From NCBI GenBank assembly GCA_964394665.1, contig CAYMYN010000005.1:37461-101460 (forward strand): a stretch of 64,000 nt of DNA, written 5' to 3'. Below, piece by piece: positions 46,020-54,207 of this stretch. Source of the DNA: an uncultured Planctomycetaceae bacterium (lineage in GTDB: Bacteria; Planctomycetota; UBA1135; GCA-002686595). The notes under the pieces were generated by a model, which was not told the origin of the DNA, searched no databases, and saw nothing but the letters and a program-made list of their open reading frames with translations. Positions within the stretch are counted from its first letter, which is position 1. Every line of letters begins with the position of its first letter. A program made the position numbers and the translations under genes.

Positions 46020-47523
46020 GCGACCAACCTCCCTCGCAACCGAAGAAGAGCTCCTGCGCCTGGGGCGGGCCCCAGCTCCCGGCGGGATAGGCGCGCAGCG
46101 GCGCTTCGCTCCACACGCTGCGCACCTCGTCGGCGTAGCGCCAGGCGGCCTCGATCTCGTCGCTGCGCAGGAAGAGCGTGGGATCGCCCTGCAGCGCGTC
46201 GAGCAACAGGCGTTCGTAGCCCGAGGCGCCGTTGGGACCGAACCGGTCGCGGTAGTCGAAGGAGAGCTCCGCGGGCGCCATGAGCATGTCGTTCCCGGGT
46301 CGCTTGACGCCGAAGGAGAGATGGATCGCCTCGCGCGGCTGGATGCTGAGCGTCAGCACGTTGGGCCGGATCTGGCACAGGTTTCCGGAGCGCAGGGCGC
46401 GCCGGAACTCGCGCTCGGTCATGTCCCCCGGGCGGTTGAAGAGTTGCACGGGCGGTGTGCGGAACTGGATCTGGACCTCGGTGAAGCGCTCGGGCAGACG
46501 TTTGCCGTGGCGCAGCAGGAAGGGCACGCCGTGCCAGCGCCAGTTGTCGATCTCGGCCCGCAGCGCGACGAAGGTCTCGGCCTGCGAGCCGGGCGGCACG
46601 CCCTCCTCCTGGAGGTAGCCGCGCACCGCGCTCCCGTCCACGACGCCTTCCGAGTACCGCGCCCGGACGCAGGATCGTTCGGGCTCGAGCGGATCGGGCA
46701 GGGCCAGGGAGCGCAGCACCTGGACCTTCTGATCGCGCACGGCCTCGGGCTCGAGGCTCACCGGCGGCTCCATCGCGATCAGGGCCAGGATCTGCAGCAT
46801 GTGGTTCTGCAGCACGTCGCGCAGCGCGCCGGTCGAGTCGTAGGAGCGGGCGCGGCCGCGCTCCACACCGATCGACTCGGCCACGGTGATCTGCACCAGC
46901 TCGACGTGGCGCCGATTCCAGAGCGGCTCGAAGATCGCGTTGTGGAAGCGCAGGCCGAGCAGGTTCTGGACGGTCTCCTTCCCGAGGTAATGGTCGATGC
47001 GATAGATCTGGTCCTCGCGCAGGAGCCCGTGCAGCTCGGAGTTGAGCGCGCGGGCGCTCGCCAGGTCCTGCCCGAAGGGTTTTTCGATCACCACGCGCCG
47101 GAAGGCTGGCTGGGGACCGACGCGGCGCTCGACGATGCCGGCTTCGGCGAGGGCGCGCAGGGCCGGCGCGAACAGCTCGGGGGCCAGGGCCAGGTAGACG
47201 AGTCGTCCAGCCTGCGCCCCGCCCGGCAAGGCGTCGAGCCGCGCGGCGAGCCGGCGCACGCTGGCGGGGTCCGAGACGTCCGCGGCCTGATAGTGGATGT
47301 CGGGGGCGAGCTCGTCGAAGCTCGGCCTCCTCGTCTCGTCGAGCAACTCGCGCAGGTTCGCGCGGAACCCATCCTCCGCCAGCTCCCGACGGGCCACGCC
47401 CAGCACCGAGGTCGCTTCGGGCAGTTGCCCTCCAGCCCGCAGATTGGCGAGCGCGGGCACGAGCTTGCGCCCGGTCAGATCGCCGCTGGCCCCCAGGATC
47501 ACGATCTGCGTCGCGCGCGACAT
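46012..47523 (-). CDS. zwf: Glucose-6-phosphate 1-dehydrogenase
   Basis: N-terminus IVILGASGDLTGRKL, EKPFGQDL, RIDHYLGKE signature. 503 aa. Confidence 0.9.
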   Translation of the reverse strand: MSRATQIVILGASGDLTGRKLVPALANLRAGGQLPEATSVLGVARRELAEDGFRANLRELLDETRRPSFDELAPDIHYQAADVSDPASVRRLAARLDALPGGAQAGRLVYLALAPELFAPALRALAEAGIVERRVGPQPAFRRVVIEKPFGQDLASARALNSELHGLLREDQIYRIDHYLGKETVQNLLGLRFHNAIFEPLWNRRHVELVQITVAESIGVERGRARSYDSTGALRDVLQNHMLQILALIAMEPPVSLEPEAVRDQKVQVLRSLALPDPLEPERSCVRARYSEGVVDGSAVRGYLQEEGVPPGSQAETFVALRAEIDNWRWHGVPFLLRHGKRLPERFTEVQIQFRTPPVQLFNRPGDMTEREFRRALRSGNLCQIRPNVLTLSIQPREAIHLSFGVKRPGNDMLMAPAELSFDYRDRFGPNGASGYERLLLDALQGDPTLFLRSDEIEAAWRYADEVRSVWSEAPLRAYPAGSWGPPQAQELFFGCEGGWSRG

Positions 47524-47594
47524 AGGCCGCGAAGCTACCCCGCCCGACCCCCGGCGAAAAGGTGCTCTGGGGCCAGGTCGCTAGGATGGCCCCG

Positions 47595-48218
47595 ATGAAG
47601 CTGCACGCGGGTTCGGGTCGGTGGTGGAGGGCGACGGCGGTCGGCCTCGTGGCGTTGGGCGTTCTCTCATGCGGGGCACGGGAGGAGACTCCCGCTGTCG
47701 ACGCCGCGCGTCTCGCCGAGGCGCGCGCGCGGGCGGAGCGCGCCTGCGACGAGCTGGGCCAACGCCTTCTCGCCGAGCTGACCGCGGCCCTGGCAGCGGG
47801 CTCCACCCTCGAGGGCCTCGAGGTGTGCGCGCGGGTCGCGCAGGGCGTCGGAGACGAGCTGCGCTCCGCCTCCGGAGTCGAGGTCGGTCGCACCTCGCTG
47901 CGCGTGCGCAACCCCGCGAACGCCCCGGACGCCTTCGAGCGCGCGCAGCTCGAACGCTGGGAGACCGCGGCGCGCGCGGGCGAGCCCATCGACCCTTGGG
48001 TCGGGCCCGTCCCCGCCGCGGACGGCGCGCACGAGCTGCGCTACCTGCGCCCGATCCGTCTGGTCGAGCTGTGCACGCGCTGCCACGGCCGTCCCGAGGA
48101 CCTGGAGCCCGAGGTCCGCTCGGCCCTCGCGCGCCTCTACCCCGCGGACCAGGCCACGGGCTACGCCCCCGGCGAGCTGCGCGGCGCGTTCAGCGCGCGC
48201 GTGCCGCTCGGTCCGTGA
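47595..48218 (+). CDS. DUF3365-type lipoprotein with a CxxCH c-type haem motif (candidate redox/ligand sensor accessory)
   Basis: MKLHAGSGRWWRATAVGLVALGVLSCG lipoprotein signal. CTRCHG haem-binding motif near the C-terminus. Immediately upstream of a RegB-like histidine kinase (9-nt gap). Confidence 0.55.
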   Translation: MKLHAGSGRWWRATAVGLVALGVLSCGAREETPAVDAARLAEARARAERACDELGQRLLAELTAALAAGSTLEGLEVCARVAQGVGDELRSASGVEVGRTSLRVRNPANAPDAFERAQLERWETAARAGEPIDPWVGPVPAADGAHELRYLRPIRLVELCTRCHGRPEDLEPEVRSALARLYPADQATGYAPGELRGAFSARVPLGP

Positions 48219-48227
48219 GACCAGGCC

Positions 48228-49646
48228 ATGGCCCGACGCAATCCAGGCCTGACTCCCGCGCTCGGCCGTCCGGCGCCGCCCGACGACCTGACCCTGGGCG
48301 AGGCCGCGTCGATCAACCTGTTCTGGTTGATCCGCCTGCGTTGGGCGGCGGTCGTCGGGCAGCTCTCGACGATCCTGTTCGTGCGCCATGCGCTGGGCGT
48401 CGAGCTGCCGTTCGTGCCGCTGATGGCGGTGCTCGTGCTCGAGGTCGCGACGAACGCCGTGCTCGCGGACTGGCAGCGCCGGATCGGGCCGCGCGGCTGG
48501 ACGGGCGAGCTCGCCTCACGCGTCGAGCGCGTGCAGGGCCTGGTGATGGGCGCGGACACCCTGTTGCTCGGCGTGATGCTCTACCTGACGGGCGGCATCA
48601 CCAACCCCTTCGCGGCCTTCTTCTTCGTGCACGTCGTGCTCGCGGCGGTGCTGCTCGAGGCGCGCTACGCCTACGTCGGCACGGGCGTCGCGTTCGGGTG
48701 CTTGGTGCTGCTCTACTTCCACTACCGGCCGCTGCGCGAGCTCGAGGGCACATTGCACCTGGTCGGCCTCGTGGTGGCCCTGGGCATGACGGCGGCCATC
48801 ACGGTGTTCTTCGTGACGCGCGTCACCGGCGCCCTGCACCGGCGCTCCGAGGAGCTGTCCGCGCAGCGCGAGCACCAGGCGCGCGCCGAACGGCTCGAGG
48901 CCCTGGGCACCTTGGCGGCCGGCGCGGCGCACGAGCTCGCGAGCCCGCTCTCGACCATCGCGGTCGTGGCGAAGGAGCTCGAGCGCCGCCTGGCGCGCGA
49001 GGGGGCCTCCGAGGAGGTCGTGGGCGACGCGCGGCTGGTGCGCGAGGAGGTCGCGCGTTGCCGGCGCATCCTCGATCGCATGACCCTGCACTCGGGGGAA
49101 TCGGTGGGCGAGGGGCTCACGGCGCTGACGGTGGAGCAGCTCCTGCGCGAGACGCTCGCCGAGCTCCCCGAGCGGGCCCGGGTGCGGGTCGAGATCGACG
49201 CGAGCGCGGCCGAGCTCGAGCTCGAGGCCCCGCGCACCGCGCTGGCCATGACCCTGCGCGCCGTGCTCTCGAACGCCCTGGATGCCTCGGCGCCCGAGCA
49301 GTCGGTGGACCTCGCGGCCCGGGTCCGCGGGGCGCGCCTCGAGCTCATCGTCCTCGACCGGGGCGAGGGCATGGACCCCGAGCGCCTGCGCCGCGCCCAG
49401 GATCCCTTCTTCACGACCAAGGAACCCGGGCGGGGAATGGGCCTGGGCCTGTACCTCTCGACCAGCGTGGTCGAGCGCCTGGGCGGGCGGCTGGAGCTCG
49501 ACTCGAGCCCCGGTCGGGGCACCCGCGCCCGGATCGTCCTGCCCCTCGAGCGACTGCGGCACCGCCCCGGCCCGGGCGGCGAATCCCCGGCACAGGAACG
49601 CGGAAACCGCCCGGAGGATGCTCCTCCGGCTCACACCGCCGACTAG
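48228..49646 (+). CDS. Membrane-embedded sensor histidine kinase (RegB/PrrB/ActS-like, no periplasmic domain)
   Basis: Six-TM N-terminal region with short loops. HisKA (AAGAAHELASPLSTI) and HATPase_c (DRGEGMDPERL...GRGMGLGL) boxes. Confidence 0.8.
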   Translation: MARRNPGLTPALGRPAPPDDLTLGEAASINLFWLIRLRWAAVVGQLSTILFVRHALGVELPFVPLMAVLVLEVATNAVLADWQRRIGPRGWTGELASRVERVQGLVMGADTLLLGVMLYLTGGITNPFAAFFFVHVVLAAVLLEARYAYVGTGVAFGCLVLLYFHYRPLRELEGTLHLVGLVVALGMTAAITVFFVTRVTGALHRRSEELSAQREHQARAERLEALGTLAAGAAHELASPLSTIAVVAKELERRLAREGASEEVVGDARLVREEVARCRRILDRMTLHSGESVGEGLTALTVEQLLRETLAELPERARVRVEIDASAAELELEAPRTALAMTLRAVLSNALDASAPEQSVDLAARVRGARLELIVLDRGEGMDPERLRRAQDPFFTTKEPGRGMGLGLYLSTSVVERLGGRLELDSSPGRGTRARIVLPLERLRHRPGPGGESPAQERGNRPEDAPPAHTAD

Positions 49647-49650
49647 AGTC

Positions 49651-50238
49651 ATGCCCCTGACCATGACCGAACCCACCCGCAACGACGACGCGGCCGACGG
49701 CACGCGCCCGGCCCTGCTCCTGGTCGACGACGACGAGGTGCTGCGCGAGCGGCTCGCGCGCGCCTTCCGCGAACGCGACTACGAAGTGCGGACCGCGGCC
49801 GGCTTCGACGAGGCCCTGGCCCTGGCGCGCCAGGACACGCCCGAGTTCGCGGTCGTGGACCTGCGCATGCCTGGCCGTTCCGGGCTCGAGCTGGTCGGCG
49901 CGCTGAAGGAGCTCGACCCCTCGACGCGCATCCTCGTGCTCACCGGCTACGGCAGCATCGCCACCGCCGTCGACGCGATCCGCCTGGGCGCGGCGAACTA
50001 CGTCCCCAAGCCCGCCGACGTCGACGACCTGATCGCGGCCTTCGAGCGCGTCGAGGCGAGCGATCCGAGCCAGCCCACGCGCGGCTATCGCGCGCCGAGT
50101 CTGGCCCGCGCCGAGTGGGAGCACATCCAGCGCGTGCTCGCCGACTGCGGCGGCAACATCAGCGAAGCCTCCCGGCGCCTGGGCATCCACCGCCGCTCCT
50201 TGCAGCGCAAGCTCCAGCGCCGCCCCCCGGGCGAATGA
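49651..50238 (+). CDS. Response regulator (RegA/PrrA/ActR-like; REC + Fis-type HTH)
   Basis: ALLLVDDDEVLRERLARAF...VVDLRMPGRSG (REC domain with phospho-acceptor Asp). C-terminal HIQRVLADCGGNISEASRRLGIHRRSLQRKL (Fis HTH). Confidence 0.85.
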   Translation: MPLTMTEPTRNDDAADGTRPALLLVDDDEVLRERLARAFRERDYEVRTAAGFDEALALARQDTPEFAVVDLRMPGRSGLELVGALKELDPSTRILVLTGYGSIATAVDAIRLGAANYVPKPADVDDLIAAFERVEASDPSQPTRGYRAPSLARAEWEHIQRVLADCGGNISEASRRLGIHRRSLQRKLQRRPPGE

Positions 50239-50834
50239 GGCCCTTGGAACAGGATGCGGGTCCGCGGCGCGGGCGCTTCGATGCAGCCAACACGCCCGAC
50301 CCGCATCCGGACCCCGGGAGCGGCGCCGCGCTGGGCATGACGCTCTTCCTGGCCTCCCTGGCGATGCTGTTCGTCGCGGCGGCGGCGGCTTTCCTGTGGA
50401 CGCGCCTGCACGGCGAAGCCTGGCGGGCGGGCCTGGCCCGCGAGCAGCTCGTCGGTCTGGGCGCGGCCAGCGTGTGTCTGTTGGCCGCCGATGCCTGGGT
50501 GGCCCGCGCCCGCCGCGCGACGCGAGCCCCGAAAACGCTCCGCGGTGCGCTCTTCTGGGCGCTCGTCGCCGGCCTGCTGTACGCCGCCGTGCAGGGCTGG
50601 AACTGGCTCGTGCTGGCTCCCCTGCTGCGCGGCGAGCGCGCCCTGGAGGCCTTCACCTTCGTCGTGCTGACGGGCCTGCACGCCGCGCACGTCCTGGGCG
50701 GCCTCGCGTACCTCGCCTTCCTCATCCGCCGCCGCGCCGCACCGACCCCGACCGAGCTGCGCCTCACCGCCCGCTACTGGCGCTTCCTCACCTGCGTCTG
50801 GGCGGCCCTGCTCGTGGTGTTGCTGGTCTCCTGA
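50235..50834 (+). CDS. Haem-copper oxidase subunit III-family membrane protein (CoxIII/NorE-like), standalone
   Basis: ATGA overlap with the response-regulator stop. Five predicted TMs. LTGLHAAHVLGGLAYLAFL and C-terminal RYWRFLTCVWAALLVVLLV resemble CoxIII FTGxHGxHV and WYWHFVDVVWLFLF signatures. Confidence 0.45.
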   Translation: MRPLEQDAGPRRGRFDAANTPDPHPDPGSGAALGMTLFLASLAMLFVAAAAAFLWTRLHGEAWRAGLAREQLVGLGAASVCLLAADAWVARARRATRAPKTLRGALFWALVAGLLYAAVQGWNWLVLAPLLRGERALEAFTFVVLTGLHAAHVLGGLAYLAFLIRRRAAPTPTELRLTARYWRFLTCVWAALLVVLLVS

Positions 50835-50913
50835 CGAGTGCGGGGCGCGGGAGCCTGGGGGCGACCCTCGGCCAGGCTGATAGACTCTCCCCGCACTCGC
50901 GGGTGTCTTCGGA

Positions 50914-51507
50914 ATGGCCGATCCCTCCGCTCCCGACCCCTTCGCCGACGTGACCCAGGCGCTCCACGGCCTGCGAGCCGGAGGCCCGCAGGTGTCGAGC
51001 GAACTCCTGGCGGCCCTCGTCGCCGAGCTGCGCTCGATCGCGCGCGGGTACCTGGGCGCGCAGGGAGCGAATCACACCCTGCAGCCGACGGCCCTCGTCA
51101 ACGAGGCCTTCCTCAAGCTCTTCGGCAGCGCGTCCCTGCAGAACGTGCACGATCGCGGGCACTTCTTCGCCCTGGCGGCGCGCGTCATGCGCCAGATTCT
51201 CGTCGACCACGCGCGCCAGCGCCGGGCGGCCAAGCGCGATGGAGGCGGCGTTCAGGTGACCCTGGGCGAGGACCTCGGCGTGGATGTCGTGGGGGACGGG
51301 GAGTTGCTCGACGTCGACGCGGCCCTGTCGGAGCTGGCGGAGCTCGACCCGCGCCAGGCGCGCGTCGTGGAGCTGCGCTTCTTCGCCGGGCTCGAGGTGG
51401 GCGAGGTCGCGGCGGCGCTGGGGCTCTCCGTCTCGACCGTCGAGCGCGAATGGCGCGCGGCCCGCGCGTGGCTCGGTCGGCGCATGACGGACCGGCGTTC
51501 GCCATGA
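50914..51507 (+). CDS. ECF-like sigma factor of the Ser/Thr-kinase-associated type
   Basis: SSELLAALVAELRSIARGYLGAQGANHTLQPTALVNEAFLKL ... VELRFFAGLEVGEVAAALGLSVSTVEREWRAARAWL. The stop overlaps the kinase start (ATGA). Confidence 0.8.
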   Translation: MADPSAPDPFADVTQALHGLRAGGPQVSSELLAALVAELRSIARGYLGAQGANHTLQPTALVNEAFLKLFGSASLQNVHDRGHFFALAARVMRQILVDHARQRRAAKRDGGGVQVTLGEDLGVDVVGDGELLDVDAALSELAELDPRQARVVELRFFAGLEVGEVAAALGLSVSTVEREWRAARAWLGRRMTDRRSP

Positions 51508-54131
51508 GCGCCGAGCGCCATCGACGGGTCAAGGAGCTGTTCCTGGCCGCCTGCGACCTCGGGGTCGACGAACGCAGCGCGTTCCTCGCGCGCGAGTGCG
51601 GCGCGGACGGCGAGCTGCGCCGCGAAGTCGAGGAGCTCCTCGGCGTGGACGCGGGCGGGGTGTCGGTGCTCGAGCGACAGGCCCTGGGAACGGGCCCCGG
51701 GGGCGAGCCTCGAGCCGAGGCCATCGCCGAGCACGAGATCCAACGCCTCGCCGAGCGCGCGCGAGCGCGCTGCTACGAACTCGGAGACGAGCTCGGCCGC
51801 GGCGGAATGGGGCGCATCCTGCGCATCCGCGACCTGGATCTGCGCCGCGAGCTGGCCATGAAGGTCAGCCTGGGTTGGCTGCGCGGTCAGGCCGGCCCGA
51901 GCCCGGACACGGCGCGTTTCCTGGATGAGGCGCGCATCACCGCGCGCCTCGATCACCCGGGCATCGTGCCCGTGCACGACCTCGGCGTCGACGGCGAGGG
52001 GCGCCTGTTCTTCACCATGAAGCTGGTCCAGGGGCGCGAGCTGGGTCGCGTGCTGGAGCTGGCGCGGCAGGGCGCCGAGGGTTGGAACACGACGCGCGTG
52101 GTGGGCGTCCTGCTGCAGGTGTGCGAGGCCGTCGCCTACGCGCACTCCAAGGGCGTCGTGCACCGCGACCTCAAGCCGGCCAACGTGATGGTCGGTGAGT
52201 TCGGCGAGGTCTACGTAATGGACTGGGGCATCTCGCGAGTGCTGGGCGCTGCCGCGGACAGCGTCGAGCCGCGCGGCGAGCCGTCGCCCGACTCACGCTC
52301 GGCCGCGGACTCCGCGGGCCGTACCCGCGTCGGCTCGATCCTCGGCACGCCGTACTCGATGCCCCCCGAGCAAGCGCGCGGCGAGCCGGTCGGGCCGGCT
52401 GCCGACATCTATGCCGTCGGGGCGATGCTCTACCAGGCGCTCGCCGGACGACGGCCGTACGAAGGCGATTCCGGTCGCGAGCCCGCGCAGGCGGTGCTGC
52501 AGCGCATTCTCGCGGGGCCCCCGAGGTCCTTGCGTGGACTCGCGCCGAAGGCTCCGCCCGAGCTGATCGCCATCAGCGAACGCGCCATGGCACGCGAGGC
52601 GCGCGATCGCTACGCCGACCTGCGCACGCTGGCGCAGGACCTGCGCGCCTACCTCGAGGGCCGCGTCGTGCGCGCCTATCGCACGGGCGCCCTGGCCGAG
52701 CTCAAGAAGTGGATCGCGCGCAATCGACTGGCGGCGAGCGGGATCGCGATCGCGTTGCTCGCGATCCTGGGCGGACTCGCTTGGAGCCGCCAGATCGAGG
52801 TGGAGAGCCGCCGCGAGATCGACCTCGCCTCCGACTACTTCCGGGCGCGCGTCGTTCGGGACTCCGCGGACGAGCTGTGGCCGGCGGCGCCCGCGAGCAT
52901 CCCGCGCCTCGAGGACTGGACTGCACGCGCCGAGCGTTTGCTCGCGCGTCGGAAGGTGCACGTCGAGCGCCTGCGGAGCCTCGCGGACCAGCCCGCCGCC
53001 GACCCCACCGAGCTGGGGCGCCAGCGGGCGCTCGTCGCGTACCTCGACGAGCTCGACGGCGGCGGCCGGGAAGCGGCGGGCCTGCTCGAGACCGTGCGGG
53101 CGCGTCTCGCCTTCGCGCGCAGCATCGAGGAGCGCAGCCTCACCGGTCCCGAGGTCGCACGACGCTGGCGCGACGCGATCGCGGCGAGCCGAGCGCTCCC
53201 GATCTACGCCGGGCTCGACCTCGAGCCGCAGCTCGGCTTGGTCCCGCTGGGGCCCGACCCCGTGAGCGGGCTGCTCGAGTTCGCCCACCTCGAGACCGGC
53301 GAGCCCGCGCAGCGCGACGGCGAAGGCCGGCTCGAGATGAAGCCCGAGACGGGACTGGTGTTCGTGCTCGTGCCCGGCGGGAGCTTCCACCTGGGTGCCG
53401 ACCGCGATCCGGACGGGCCCAATCACGACCCGGCCGCGGACCAGAACGAGCAGCCCGTGCGCGAAGTGACGCTGCGAGCCTTCCTGCTCTCGAAGTTCGA
53501 GCTGACCCAGGCCCAGTGGTCGCGCGTCTCCGGCCGCAACCCGAGCCGCTGGACCCCGGACAGCCGGCCCGGGGTCACCTGGACCAACCCCGTCGAGCAG
53601 GTCGACTGGAACGAGGCGACGCGCGTGCTCGAGCGCATGGGCCTGGTCCTGCCCACCGAGGCGCGCTGGGAGTACGCCTGCCGCGCGGGGACCGACACGC
53701 CTTTCTGCGTCCCGCCCGAGGAGCTCGGCCGCGTCGCCAACGTGGCCGACCGCAGCTACCAGGCCGAGTTCGCTCCCACCTACGAGGTCGAGGCCTTCGA
53801 CGACGGCTTCGCCTGCCACGGGCCCGTCGGCAGCCTGGACCCCAACGCCTTGGGCCTGCACGACATGCACGGCAACGTCTTCGAGTGGACTCGCGACGTC
53901 TACGGCAGCCACGCCCATCCCCGCGCCGCGACCGACGGCGCCAGCCTGGGGCCCGAGGAGGGGTCGCGCGGCTACTGGAGCCTCGACTACCGCGTGATCC
54001 GCGGGGGCTGCTTCGAGATCCCTGCCCATTTCGCGCGCTCCAGCCACCGCGTGAACTTCGGGCTGACGACGATCAGCCATGCGGTGGGCCTGCGCCCCGC
54101 TCGCGAGCTGGAGCGCTCCGAGCGGCGCTGA
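51504..54131 (+). CDS. Ser/Thr protein kinase with an N-terminal sigma-associated domain, one TM and a C-terminal formylglycine-generating-enzyme (SUMF1/FGE-sulfatase)-like domain
   Basis: Kinase motifs (GRGGMGRILRI, AMK, HRDLKPANVMV, DWG, PPE). TM (LAASGIAIALLAILGGLAW). C-terminal LRAFLLSKFELTQAQW...WEYACRAGTDTPF...GLHDMHGNVFEWTRD...RVIRGGCF is FGE-like. 875 aa. Confidence 0.85.
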   Translation: MSAERHRRVKELFLAACDLGVDERSAFLARECGADGELRREVEELLGVDAGGVSVLERQALGTGPGGEPRAEAIAEHEIQRLAERARARCYELGDELGRGGMGRILRIRDLDLRRELAMKVSLGWLRGQAGPSPDTARFLDEARITARLDHPGIVPVHDLGVDGEGRLFFTMKLVQGRELGRVLELARQGAEGWNTTRVVGVLLQVCEAVAYAHSKGVVHRDLKPANVMVGEFGEVYVMDWGISRVLGAAADSVEPRGEPSPDSRSAADSAGRTRVGSILGTPYSMPPEQARGEPVGPAADIYAVGAMLYQALAGRRPYEGDSGREPAQAVLQRILAGPPRSLRGLAPKAPPELIAISERAMAREARDRYADLRTLAQDLRAYLEGRVVRAYRTGALAELKKWIARNRLAASGIAIALLAILGGLAWSRQIEVESRREIDLASDYFRARVVRDSADELWPAAPASIPRLEDWTARAERLLARRKVHVERLRSLADQPAADPTELGRQRALVAYLDELDGGGREAAGLLETVRARLAFARSIEERSLTGPEVARRWRDAIAASRALPIYAGLDLEPQLGLVPLGPDPVSGLLEFAHLETGEPAQRDGEGRLEMKPETGLVFVLVPGGSFHLGADRDPDGPNHDPAADQNEQPVREVTLRAFLLSKFELTQAQWSRVSGRNPSRWTPDSRPGVTWTNPVEQVDWNEATRVLERMGLVLPTEARWEYACRAGTDTPFCVPPEELGRVANVADRSYQAEFAPTYEVEAFDDGFACHGPVGSLDPNALGLHDMHGNVFEWTRDVYGSHAHPRAATDGASLGPEEGSRGYWSLDYRVIRGGCFEIPAHFARSSHRVNFGLTTISHAVGLRPARELERSERR

Positions 54132-54207
54132 CGAGGCGCCGCTCGAACGCGGCGGACCCGCGACGCCGGGCGCCGCGGGTCCGCCGACCGTGGGTCGAGC
54201 CTCGCGA

